Below are positions 52,293 to 63,789 of a stretch of DNA of 64,000 nucleotides, in pieces (positions within the stretch are counted from its first letter, which is position 1; each line of letters begins with the position of its first letter). The notes beneath the pieces were generated by a model that had not been told where the DNA came from, made no database searches, and was given only the letters and a program-made list of their open reading frames with translations. The position numbers and the translations under genes were made by a program. The DNA is from Azolla caroliniana. Taxonomy: Eukaryota > Plantae > Polypodiophyta. Where the stretch lies: positions 24,738,001 through 24,802,000 of the forward strand of contig JBHGNT010000003.1 of the NCBI GenBank assembly GCA_043228905.1, read 5' to 3'.

Positions 52293-53151
52293 ATTCTATT
52301 TTACGTTTAGTTTTATCTAATTAAACCTTTTTTCCTATGTTTAAAAAATGTACATAAATTTCCTACCCCAAATGTTTTAACATACTCTTTTGCCTATATA
52401 GCGCCGGCAAGCATTTAGCATGCGTTTTCTTTTGGTTTTCATATTACACATCTTTTACTCATCAACATGTAAGTAGTGTAATTTTTCAAGAACAAGGGGA
52501 GATGATGAATGTGGATACACTTACGCCACTCGGCCTCTCCTTGAGGAAGCCGAAATGCAAAGAACAACTAAACGCCCTCGGATGTTGGGCTTTAAAACAA
52601 GTCGACGTGGAGTAGAAAAGATTAAGAAGATAAGGGAACGTGAGCTACGTCGACTAGAAGCTATGGTTGGGGTATCTCTTACATTGGGACCATGGGCCAC
52701 ATCCACATCACAACCCTTTGACCTCCCGCTTCTCTTCGAGACACTTGGATGGAAATGAAATTAGGCCTAGTTTAACATCATTTTCATTGTAGAACATGTT
52801 TTTTATATAGAACAGTCTTGTTATTTTCTTAGAACTATTTAGCTTAAACTCTATTTTTATCTTATTTTTATTTTTACTTTCGATGAATGGGTAAATATCC
52901 CATTTTTTTTGTAAACCATTTGTCTCATGGGCCAATTTTGGCCTTAGAAGACATTAATATTTCTTTCTTTCTTTCTTTATTGTGTATCAAAAACGTACAT
53001 AAATTTTCTCTCCAAGGGTCTACCCCAAATAATTTGACACACTTGTTGCCTATATAGGGCAAGCGAGCATATATTATCATGCATTTGAGACTCTTTACAC
53101 TTGCCTTTGAGCAAAAGCATTTACATAGTGTAGCAGTATTGGTCATGTTGA

Positions 53152-53435
53152 CTGACATATGTTGTTATGAGCATAAGCATCTAAAGTTAGATCCTTTGAG
53201 GCATAGACGTTTTATCACAATGGAAAGATAGAAGGAATGGTGCTCACATTCAGTGACATATCTTGTTATGTGTATAAGCATCTAAAGGTAGATCCTTTGA
53301 GGCATAGATGTTTTAGCACAATGGACAAATAGAAGGAATAGTGCTCATCTTGAGTGACATATGTTGTTATGAGCATAAGCATCTAAAGTTAGATCCTTTC
53401 AAACATTTTAGCATAGTGGACAGATATAAGGAATA
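53152..53435. repeat. ~101-bp tandem repeat, ~2.8 copies
   Basis: tgacatatgttgttatgagcataagcatctaaagttagatcctttg at ~53153, 53255 and 53355. Confidence 0.9.
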
Positions 53436-55159
53436 TGCAACCTTTTGCAATTGGACGCAACGAGAAACCATAGAACAAGTTGAAAGAATACAAAAGGATT
53501 TGAGGCGTAAATGCCTTGTGAGAGCACCCAAGATACAAGTCTAAATGATGTAGGTGCACCTTGGAACACCACCATCTACCTTTCTTTTCTTTTCTAAACC
53601 CTAAAATTTAAAATCAGGAAAAGAAAAAGTTTTTGTTCTTTTATGTGTGTCCATTTCTCTCAAAGGGCTTATATGAGTTATGTCTAGATAGTGGCCTTCC
53701 CCTCATTCATAAACATTTATGCTAGTGTGCATACACATCAATGAGCAATGAATGATTCATCAAGAATGTTTATGTTCACGAACTATCGAAGATGCAAGTA
53801 GCTTTTTGTGTCTTCAACCCATTGTCATAGTGCAATCAGAACATTAAGTGCATCACATGACGATTTAGTCGAGTATCTATTAGGGATTTGTTATAAATTG
53901 GAAACTGATATTGACCCATGTTGAGGAGTCTATAAAGTTCACATTTTCCTTTCAATGGCTATTGTGTGAATCAAGCATGACCATCCATTGCCCACATGCA
54001 TGGTCATGCCAAGATGCATTCATGATCATAGAGTGTGATCTATCTCTTTGTGGATTTTTAAATGCCCTTGGTTAAACATTCAAGTGCTTTATATTGTGGT
54101 TAATTGAATTGTTACTCTTTGAATTGATTATGTAAGACATTTGATAATATTGTGATTAGCATTATACGTTGCAATTGTTATGATTGTGATTGAAGTGATT
54201 AACCGTGTATCTACGATATTTCATGGTACGATCAATGCTATTGTAATAGGTGTTATGATGAGTCGGATGGTTTCTTGTTACATGAAAATTGACATGTGAG
54301 CTTGCGTTATGTTCTTCTATTATATTTTACATATCAAACCAGTTATTATGAAATAGCTATATTATGTAATTCACATGAGTTCTATAATATGAATAGTGTC
54401 TCCGTAGGCGTTGATTAATTTGGTATAATATCTCAAATGGTTATGTGCATAATACGAAAGCTAGATGAATTACATGGAATGGGGACCAACTTAGAAGCTC
54501 TTCATGGATCACAAAAAGATAAACACAATAAAAAGTTGCATGACAAACAACACACCTTCATGTCCCAAGTTCGAGAGTTCATGATTACTTGATGGCAGGA
54601 ATGGGATCCGACTATAGACCTGCCATGATCCATGGCACATGTGTCACATTAATATAGGTTCACCTGCACGAGGATTTAGAAAGCTGACATTCCTACCACT
54701 TGATAACCCTGAGTATAAAAGGTTGGCAACATTACGAAAGGGCAACAACTAATGAGAACCCGAAAGAGGATCAACCAAACCAAACCATCAAGTTCTTGAG
54801 GGGTTCTCGACAATTGAGCGAACGTCTGAAGCAAACATTGCATGTAGGCAAGGCAAGGCAAAACACATGAGAGAGGGATACATATGATGCTATCAAATTG
54901 CATAAAAAACTGAAGGAATGCTAAGTAATACATGGTACAACACATATTTTTATGGAACACATTTTTCTTGGATATGCCGAACATGAACAAGATTGCCTAG
55001 AAAGATTATTTATCTTTACCTATAAAGATTGGCTACGGTCATTCGTTCAACACGGCTATACAATATTCATTGTAATAGTGGACTATTTGTATATTGCCTC
55101 TGGGCCAGTTTAATTTTAATACCAATGGAGGATATTTTTTATGGGAAAAAAACCATACG

Positions 55160-55522
55160 AGAGAGGGGTGAGAGAAAGTTAGGTCTTGAACCCAAGAGCT
55201 AGGATTAGTAGTTTAATAGCTTAGCACTAAGGCAAGCTAATTACCATTAAGTTAATTAGGGAGAGAGAGAGGTGAGAAAGTTATGTCTTGAACCCGAGGC
55301 CTAGGATTAGCGGTTTAAAAACCTAGTACAATTAAGCAGTAAGCTAATTACAATTAGAGAGAGGGTTAATTAGAATTAAGTACAATTAAGAGGTAAGCTA
55401 ATTACAATGAGAGAGAGAGAGAGAGAGTTAATTAGAATTAAGTTACAATTAAGAGGTAAGCTAATTACAATTAAAGAGAGAGTTAATTAGAATAAAGTAC
55501 AATTAAGAGGTAAGCTAATTAC

Positions 55523-55565
<43 letters not shown>
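55160..55565. repeat. Compound repeat upstream of HemW: two SINE-like heads (minus strand) plus ~4 units of aattaagaggtaagctaattacaat(ga)n, ending in (GA)n
   Basis: The units are directly visible; the SINE interpretation is an inference from GGTTCAAGAC B-box-like motifs. Confidence 0.7.
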
Positions 55566-55569
<4 letters not shown>

Positions 55570-55660
55570 CTTCATGTCCTGACAGACTGACAGTGGCAGT
55601 GGGAGGATAACGTCTAGGGTTCGAAGCTTTCTGACAGCAAGAAGAACCAAATCTCGACCT

Positions 55661-57427
55661 ATGGCCATGGCCATGGCAGCTCCTTCTTCTTCCTCCTCCT
55701 TCTCGTCTCTCCCCCTCAGAAGGATGTGCACCCGATCAGGTCTCCTTCTCCTTCCCCGTTTCGCAGCTGTATGGTGCCGCCTTCCCCACAGAAGGCAGAA
55801 ATCCACACCGAAACAGATCCATCTCGCTGCATCCGCTGTTGTTGCCTCTTCTTTTTGTTCATCCTCCTCCAACGAAAAGAAAGAAAACATCATTCCGTTC
55901 CCTACATCTGCTTATGTTCATCTTCCTTTCTGCAAGAAACGTTGCTTCTACTGTGATTTCGCCATCGTTGCAGTTGGCGAAAGAACAAACAAAGGTTCGA
56001 CCTCTGATCTTCACATTGATTCGATTATGGAAAGTTACGTGGACTTGATATGCACGGAGATGGCATCATCTTTCAAGTTATGGAATCCTTCTTCTTATCA
56101 GGTTCCTCCTCTCAAAACTCTCTTCTTTGGTGGAGGAACACCCTCGTTGCTTCCTGCAAAGCATATCTCACGAATCATTCAAGCTTTCCATAGTTTCTGC
56201 GGCTTCGAAGATACCGTTGAAATTTCCATGGAGATGGATCCTGGAACTTTTGACAGAGATACGCTCCCGGCATTTCTTGACTGTGGAGTTAACAGGATTT
56301 CACTAGGCGTTCAAGCTTTCCATGAAAACTTCTTGAAAGAATGTGGCAGGTCGCATGGTCTTGATGATGTATATGAAGCCATTGATCTCATCCATGGATG
56401 TGGAATGAAGAATTGGAGCCTTGATCTCATCTCTTCGTTACCGTATCAGACAATAAATCTGTGGGAAGACTCTCTAAAGGAAGCCATTAAAGCTTCGCCT
56501 GCACATTTGTCTGTATATGATCTCCAGGTTGAAGAAGGTACCAAATTTGGAAACTGGTATAAACCAGGAAAGTTTCCATTACCTGATGAGGGAAGCTCAG
56601 CTTCGTTCTACAAATCTGCATCTTCTCTTCTTAGAGAAGCAGGATATGAACATTATGAGATAAGTAACTATGCTAAACAAGGTTATCAATGCCAGCACAA
56701 TATGGTTTATTGGAAGAATTTACCTTATTATGCATTTGGCTTGGGTTCAACTAGCTATGTCCAGGGCCATAGATTCTCGAGACCCAGAAAATGGAAAGTG
56801 TATGCCGAGTATGTCAAGGAGTTAGAAGCCATGGTAACTAAATGCCATACCCATGGCGCTAAATCTACTGGAAAATGTATTGGAATTATGCAAGATGTTG
56901 AAAGAATCACAAAGGTTGTAGGTCTTGGCCAATCCGCTACATTAAGTGGGAATAGTAATGACATGCAAGATCTTGATGGGAATCATATTGAAAGTACAGA
57001 AGATCATGATGCCATGAAATCTCTTGATGCTCAAGACATTAAATACTCCATTAGGTTTGGTGGAGATGGTCATGAAACTACAATAGAAGATAGATTCTGT
57101 GATACGATTATGCTCTCTCTCCGACTCGCACAAGGCTTAGATCTCACGGAAATATTGCAATCATTTGGCAAGGACTTGTATTTATGCCTATGTGAAGCAT
57201 TTTTAACATTTGTGAAGAGTGCTCATGCAGAAGCTCTTGATAAGAACCGAGGAACTATTTCTTTAGAATTATATTCTAGTTTAGTTGCTCAGAGGTCAGC
57301 AGCTCATATCAGTGAGGAGGTCTTCTTCATACGTCTCTCGGATCCAGAGGGGTTTCTTCTGTCCAATGAGATTATTTCATCCTTGTTTTCTGCTTTGCCA
57401 AGTATGAAACAACAAAACAAATTGTAG
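55661..57427 (+). CDS. HEMW: Radical-SAM heme chaperone HemW/RSAD1-like (HemN-like oxygen-independent coproporphyrinogen III oxidase family), predicted organelle-targeted, 588 aa, intronless
   Basis: YVHLPFCKKRCFYCDF (CxxxCxxC), FFGGGTPS, EISMEMDPG, NRISLGVQAF, HLSVYDLQVEEGT, YEHYEISNYA and the HemW-type HNMVYW motif. Ser/Arg/Ala-rich N-terminal extension. Confidence 0.93.
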   Translation: MAMAMAAPSSSSSFSSLPLRRMCTRSGLLLLPRFAAVWCRLPHRRQKSTPKQIHLAASAVVASSFCSSSSNEKKENIIPFPTSAYVHLPFCKKRCFYCDFAIVAVGERTNKGSTSDLHIDSIMESYVDLICTEMASSFKLWNPSSYQVPPLKTLFFGGGTPSLLPAKHISRIIQAFHSFCGFEDTVEISMEMDPGTFDRDTLPAFLDCGVNRISLGVQAFHENFLKECGRSHGLDDVYEAIDLIHGCGMKNWSLDLISSLPYQTINLWEDSLKEAIKASPAHLSVYDLQVEEGTKFGNWYKPGKFPLPDEGSSASFYKSASSLLREAGYEHYEISNYAKQGYQCQHNMVYWKNLPYYAFGLGSTSYVQGHRFSRPRKWKVYAEYVKELEAMVTKCHTHGAKSTGKCIGIMQDVERITKVVGLGQSATLSGNSNDMQDLDGNHIESTEDHDAMKSLDAQDIKYSIRFGGDGHETTIEDRFCDTIMLSLRLAQGLDLTEILQSFGKDLYLCLCEAFLTFVKSAHAEALDKNRGTISLELYSSLVAQRSAAHISEEVFFIRLSDPEGFLLSNEIISSLFSALPSMKQQNKL

Positions 57428-58234
57428 TTTATAAAAATTTCTGTGAGTATCAACATGCACAACAAATGCATGTTTAAGTGCTTCACCATTTTGATGTCTG
57501 AGACTGTCAAGCTATGGTCCCTGTGGTGGCAAAACAAATATAGTGGGATTGGTCTGTAGATGCGTTACAGGTTTTGAAGTTCAAACATATTAATAAAGCA
57601 TGTTTCACATGATGGCCGTGGGGATTGTGAGTCGTGATCAGTAATGCCCTCATGGAGTAAGCTTGCATCGAAGTGACTGGACTTCACATGAGATCTTATC
57701 ACCAGGGCATAATGTGGTAGCAAATGGATTGCATTTCATGTGCAAATACTCTCACTCTGCCATTGGATCCTGATATTTACTCTTGAAGGAATCTCTTTTT
57801 GGATGCTTTGTCCGTATACATGACTCTTCATCTTTCTCACGAATATATAAGAAGGAATAATATTTTGCAAGCTAAGAAAACACTAGGGGGACTACCTCAC
57901 GGAATATAGTTACTGCTTTGTATCAATATCAGCCTTTTTCCATTGAGCTACCCATAGTGTAATCAGATGAATGAAGTTGGCCAAACTAAAATGCATATTT
58001 GTGATCTAACCATAACACATGAAGTGAAAAACCGCCTAGTATTAGGTAACTAGTTTGGCAGACTTTTAGTCACAATACCAATACAAATGTAACATAAAAT
58101 GACTAGTATTGGATGCTTCATTCATCAAAAGATTCAAGAACAATTATCTACACCTTACAATTCCAAGTCAACCTCTAACAACTTGTCACGTCATAGGATA
58201 CAACATTCCCAATTGGTAAATGAAGTGTATTGTA

Positions 58235-58610
58235 AAGTCTTTTGTCCTCTAGAAATGATGAAGGATTGTCATTAAACCACCTACGATTTCTTTGATATTG
58301 TGGCATTACAACAATGTGACATACAAGCCACATCTTTAGTTCTTAAAACAATAAATGGATTAATGTTAAACACCTTGTAATTTCTTCAAGGATACCTTAT
58401 CATCATGATAATGCACCAATGATAATGTGAAGTCTTTTGTCCTCTAGAAATGATGAAGCATTGTCATTAAACCAGCTATAATTTCTTTGATATCGTGGCA
58501 TTACAACAATGTGACATACAAGCCACATCTTTAGTTCTTAAAACAATAAATGGATTAATGTTAAACACCTTGTAATTTCTTCAAGGATACCTTATCATCA
58601 TGATAATGCA
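58235..58610. repeat. ~195-bp tandem duplication between the convergent HemW and p24 3' ends
   Basis: aagtcttttgtcctctagaaatgatgaag...catcatgataatgca repeated at 58235 and 58430. Confidence 0.95.
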
Positions 58611-58931
58611 ACAAATGATCCAGCCATGTCTAGCACTAACGCAATACATATTAACAAACTACTTTGAATTAGTACAATTTATTCATTTTTTTGAGAAGAT
58701 TCACTAGAAAAGAAAATGTTATTGAAACTATAGCCAAAGAAAGCCTGGATTGTTCACTCTTTGTTTAAATGTAAACATGGCTAGATAAAACTAAACAATT
58801 CAGATGACTAGTTGAATGACAATGGTGGGCATACTAAGTTGTTTACTTTTGCTTTAATGTGAACAACAATCTTCACATGAATTATGTGTTTCTTCCTCTT
58901 GTTGAAAGGAACTGCAAAATTTATAAGATGA

Positions 58932-59879
58932 TCATATAAGTTTTTTCTTCTTAAAAAAGCTTTGTATGTGCCATATTTGCCATACAGCTGCCGATAAGCA
59001 CACCAGCAAAGAAGCAATGCCAAAACGAGCTATTAGAGTGTTTGTCTTCTCATTCACATTCCGCATCTCTATCTCCCTGAACACATCATACGATTGAAAC
59101 AATAAGATATAAGACCTTCATTGAATTAAGTTATGCAGATTGACATGACATTAACTGCCTTTGCCTTAGATTATTAGCCTCCCATGCTATAAAGATAAAT
59201 TCTTCATAGAAGGTTATAAAGATAAATTCTCTGACTATTTCCATTAAAATTGTTTAGGCATTATTACTTTTCCCTCAAATACATGAGGTTGTCTCGTATC
59301 ATCTCGATAGCTCCATGAACTCTCATAAGCTCAAGCTCGACACCCTATACAATACAATTGGGATCAAAGGACTCAAACAATTTATATTGGCACGAGCTAT
59401 TTTAATGTGAAACTTCACTAGCTTCCATGCGTAATAACCTCGATCTTATCTTTCCGTGCAACCGAGTCCCAATCTTTAGCTGCAATCCCCATCTTCCAAT
59501 CGAGCTCAACAGTCAAGCTCCGAGTGCTTGAAGGTGATGGCAACCAAAAACATGCCACATAAGTTCCGGCCTCCACCGTGGTGAAACCAAACTCACCTCC
59601 TAACACACTCTCTGCGTGATGTAGAGCTCTTCCGGATGGAGATGACACCTACTACAACCATTCACAACAAGGGCATTATTAACACTCCAAAACACAAACA
59701 ATGTGAAGGCACTGCATACACAACCATTCAGAATTGTTCAGCTCACTGGATTGTAATCCGGGGGATTCATATATCTATCTATCTATCTATATGTGTGCGT
59801 GCGTGCGTGCATGTGTGTGTATACATATACAAGTTTACCAGTACTCCATAAAAGTCTGTACATACATACATACATACAC

Positions 59880-59924
<45 letters not shown>

Positions 59925-59965
59925 CAAGTTTACCAATACTCCATAAACGTCTGTACATACATACA

Positions 59966-59999
<34 letters not shown>

Positions 60000-60545
60000 C
60001 ACACAAATAGAGAATGTAGGTATGTATGTATGTGCAGACTTTTATGGTGTACTAGTAAACTTGTGCTTCCGAAAGTTTCTGGTCTCTAGCAGTCGGAGTT
60101 TGTTAAGGCAGTGTGACCCAGCATTATGTGTTCAAGGTCTCCAAGCAAAAGCATTTGTAAAGAGTATTAACTCGAAAGGCATCTCCCAAGTATCCAGAAG
60201 CATTTGTAAGCCGCGAATGATTTAGTGTTTTTGGGATCAAGGATTAACCTTGAGGGAGACAGTATGATCAGAAGAAGAAGAAGAAGAAGCATGAGCATGG
60301 CCATGGCCATGGTCCTCGTCCGAGAGGAGGACTCTGTAGTGTGCAAGCACCAGAGCTTTGGGGTGAATGTACTCAGAGAGGCATTTGGTAGCGATGCCAG
60401 AGGGAACATCGAAGCGGAGGGCATCCGAAAGAAGCGCAGGATTCGGAGTTATTATTGTGAACAGCAGGAGCAGAAGAGGAGGAGGAAGAAGAAGAAGAAG
60501 ATGATGATGATGATGATGATGGCGAAGCACGCCATGGGAGCTCAT
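58932..60545 (-). CDS. p24 delta-subfamily cargo receptor (emp24/gp25L/TMED10-like), 242 aa, 4 exons
   Basis: Exons 60545-60249, 59648-59439, 59344-59268, 59076-58932 (GT-AG, 729 nt in frame). Signal peptide; GOLD domain (KCLSEYI...VSSPSG...GEFGFTTVEAGTYVACFW...[28 protein letters not shown]); TM helix; C-terminal SFFKKKKLI with diaromatic and dilysine signals. Confidence 0.95.
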
Positions 60546-60648
60546 TTCTTCTGAATCAGTCGTCTTTCTTCGTTGGAAGCTTCCGCAGAGACATGAAATT
60601 AAATTTTTTTATTTTTTTATTTTTTTATTTATTGATTGTTTTTTTCTT

Positions 60649-60786
60649 TCACGTGACACTCTGATATGGTTCAAAGAAAAAGGGAGGGGGAGAAATATCA
60701 CGTGAGGGAATTGCAAAGAGACAAAGAGACAAAGTCACGTGAGTTTTTTTTCCCTGGACGACCCTCAATGCCAAAAGTCACGTGAC
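60649..60786. promoter_or_regulatory. Four palindromic TCACGTGA (G-box/E-box) sites ~100-240 bp upstream of the p24 start codon
   Basis: TCACGTGA at 60649, 60698, 60735 and 60778 (the last within GTCACGTGAC). Confidence 0.6.
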
Positions 60787-61712
60787 TTTTTCAGTGAAGG
60801 AGTTTCAATGGCAAAAGCCACAACCGGTTTGTCCTTAACCGGTTTGGGACAAAACAACAATACAGTCACAACTAATATTCAACTTCAATACTATTACAAC
60901 TAATATACAACTAATACAGTTTGATCACAGTCAGGATATGTCTGTCCCGTCCTATAGGGGGGGTAGAAAGGGGTTGTACACCCAAGGGGATTATCATTAA
61001 GGCATGCACACATTAACTAATTAATCATGACATCGGGGTGTTGTGTTTTCTGTTAACTGCGATGTAGCATAACTAGATTATATTGTGATCATTGGTTATT
61101 GAGCAATGAAGAATGCTCCCTTCCTTATAGGAACCTTATTATTAAGCATGCTAAAGTAAAGAAGATAATGCTTATGAGTGCCCTTCATCAGAAGTAATTC
61201 TACGCATATGAATAAATTTAGTAAGCAATCTGATTCCCCTAAGTGAAATTTCCCACTATCCAATTTGCCTAAACAATTAACAAACATGAATGCAATTCCA
61301 GTGCAACAGAACGAAAGAAAGATATACTAAAAAAGTCAAGAATGAATCTGAATATGAAAACATTTGCAGTCCAATTCTTTGAAAGGAAATATGCTTCAGT
61401 ATGATCAACACAAATGCTTCTTTTATTTTTTGAATCCTGTTATCATGTCTTCAAATCTTGCAATGAAATTCTGTTTGGGGATATCCTGGATATACACATT
61501 TGAAGTAGTGTGTGATAGATACTTCAATCGAAAGTACGGTTTGCGGACTGCTTTTTTGGCGTTAGATAGGCAAACAACAAGCCTTACAGCTACTGGATAT
61601 AGGAACCTAAGAAAGCAAATTAATATAGTATCTGTGATTACTTGAAGGCGTGTACTATGTATGCTGCAGGAAGCGGGAGATCATCGTCGTCCCCTCTCCC
61701 TCCCTCCATCTC

Positions 61713-63113
61713 TTTTTTTTTCGTAAATAATGGCTTTCATTACGAAAGAAAAAAACACCACCATGACTAACTTACTACAAAGTATAGAACCCTTCTATCT
61801 AGGGATCTAAAGAATACTACGACACCAAACTCAATGCCACCCTACACACCAATTCAAATGGCAAGTATGATGATACGTGACCTTGCAAAGTTCTCTCTCT
61901 TCCTGGTTGAGATTCCGTGACTTCTCTAGCACTGTCAATTACCACAAAAGAAGTCCTTTTAACTTTAGAACATATTTTTTCACCCCAACTTGCAAATAAA
62001 AAATGAAGGCATTCCGCATATTCCAATTGAACCATAGCCCCCAATACCTCAAGAACTCAAAAATAATTTGAAAATGAGGCATCGTTTCATTGTTCTCCAT
62101 ATGTGCAAAAACCCAACTGAAGGAAGATAGACTTACTCCTGTTAGAGACATCGACACTAAATTAATACACCTCCAAACTATCCTTGCCATCAGACATGAA
62201 ATAAATCGATGCCTACTATGTTCCAATTCCACCGAACAAAAGAAACACAATCCTTTAGTAATGTTTCTTTTTTTTAATGCATCCCCTAATGGTAAAGCTC
62301 CAACCATAAATCTCCAAATAAATACCTTGGCTCATAGCATCAATCGAGAACACCAACCTGCCTTAATCATATGAAACCACCAAGTAATGGGCTTATGAAA
62401 ACCCCATATCTTTATAACCCTTTCTTCCAACCACTTATGTTTGTCAATCAACTTGTGATAAGCAACATTCGTTGACATCATAGTCAATCTCTTATTTCCA
62501 ACAAACCTCCAATCAAGCTCTTGAGATCACCCATCTAAATCAGGAATTGGCTCATGCAAAGATAGTATTTGTTGCAACTTATCCCGAATAAAGTTATAAC
62601 CTTTTGGAATACGAAATGTTGATCTTATTGTTCGAAAAGCCATTACTCTTCTTTGAGAAACCAACATAGCATCCTTAATTGTTACCAAACCCAATCTAGC
62701 CATCCAATTAAATTGAAGGTTAAGAATTGACATCCCTGTCAGAATTAATTACATTCCACCAATTCGCTTCAACCTTCATGTTTCCAAGCTTTATTCTGTT
62801 CTTCTCTATAAAGTATGTCACCATTTCTATCCAAGGTTGTACACCTTCAAACATGAATCGAATGAAAGTAAATTGACGAGCCACCATATGCTCATATAGA
62901 TTCAATATTGATGCCCCACCAAGACGCTTCGGAGTACGAACATGATCCCATGCCAACCATGACAATGCACTTTTCCCTTTTCTTTTCCAAAACAACATTT
63001 GCATCGAGCATGACAACATTTCAAGAGCTTTCTTTGACCATGGGATCAAAGGAAGATAATAAGATACCATAGAGACCATAATCAATTGGACCACCGTAAG
63101 TCGTACATGAAAA

Positions 63114-63115
<2 letters not shown>
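61713..63115 (-). mobile_element. 5'-truncated L1-like LINE (post-RT region, zf-RVT, 3' UTR, poly-A) inserted at a (CT)n tract
   Basis: ORF2-like pieces WLAWDHVRTPKRLGGASILNL, CFFCSVELEHSRHRFISC..ARIVW (zf-RVT CCHC) and WGLWFNWNMRNAFIF. T9 at 61713-61721 is the poly-A on the minus strand. Candidate TSD ATCTC at 61708-61712 and 63116-63120. Confidence 0.85.

Positions 63116-63116
<1 letters not shown>

Positions 63117-63184
<68 letters not shown>
63117..63184. repeat. (CT)n microsatellite
   Basis: Directly visible. Confidence 0.95.
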
Positions 63185-63186
<2 letters not shown>

Positions 63187-63274
63187 GTTTGTGTGAAGAC
63201 TCGTCTGTGTGGAGACAGTAGACTTGGGAGTCATCACTCTAATCTCTATTATCTAACCTAATTAGATCATATAA

Positions 63275-63466
63275 ACGGCTTAACTGGTTTGAACCGGTTT
63301 GGCAAGGCTCGAGCCGAGCCGAGCTCAAACCGTTTAGGCAGGTTCGAGCAGGTTCGAGCAGGTTCGAGCCTAAGCCGAACCACTTAAGCTACTAAGTCGT
63401 TTTAAACCGGTTTAACCAAACGGTTTAGGCTTGAGTCGAGCCGAGTCGTTGCCGATTCCTACCCTA
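63275..63466. mobile_element. hAT-like DNA transposon end with dense subterminal repeats
   Basis: Repeated AACCGGTTT, GAGCCGAGCC and GGTTCGAGCA motifs ending in ...CCTACCCTA (TAGGG... on the minus strand), the pattern typical of hAT termini. Partner end not found. Confidence 0.45.
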
Positions 63467-63748
63467 AATCTACACGGAAAGAGTTTAAAAATGTCCAAAA
63501 ACATTTTCTTATAAAGTTTCCACAAGTTAAGAAACAAACGCCCTACATCCTCCTCCTTGAGATGAGACCGCTTCCCATTGAGATCATGGCCATGAAAAGG
63601 GTTATTGAATACATGCTTAAGGTTCAAAACAGTCCCTCACATCGACTTCCTAGAATTGCATGGAAGCAAGCAAAAAGATCTATAAGACGCATCAAAGCAA
63701 AATTTTGTGTTCTGATTGGATGCAAGATATGGAAATTTGGTTTGGTAG

Positions 63749-63752
<4 letters not shown>
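63467..63752 (+). mobile_element. C-terminal fragment of a non-LTR (RTE-like) retrotransposon ORF, ending at (GT)n
   Basis: Reads EFKNVQKHFLIKFPQVKKQTPYILLLEMRPLPIEIMAMKRVIEYMLKVQNSPSHRLPRIAW; the RLP.I motif resembles the post-RT region of RTE-type LINEs. Frameshift at ~63662. Confidence 0.55.

Positions 63753-63789
<37 letters not shown>

Noticed and set aside
52555-52758. Basic 67-aa ORF downstream of the tRNA
   Set aside because: No domain and no convincing exon context; may be a TE fragment.
56834-57054. GT...AG segment in HemW as an intron explaining the insertion
   Set aside because: At 221 nt it is not a multiple of 3; removal gives a stop within 7 codons and loses the conserved C-terminus.
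60225-60554. Plus-strand 109-aa ORF and other antisense ORFs over real genes
   Set aside because: Shadow frames of p24, URGT, HemW and ARK exons.
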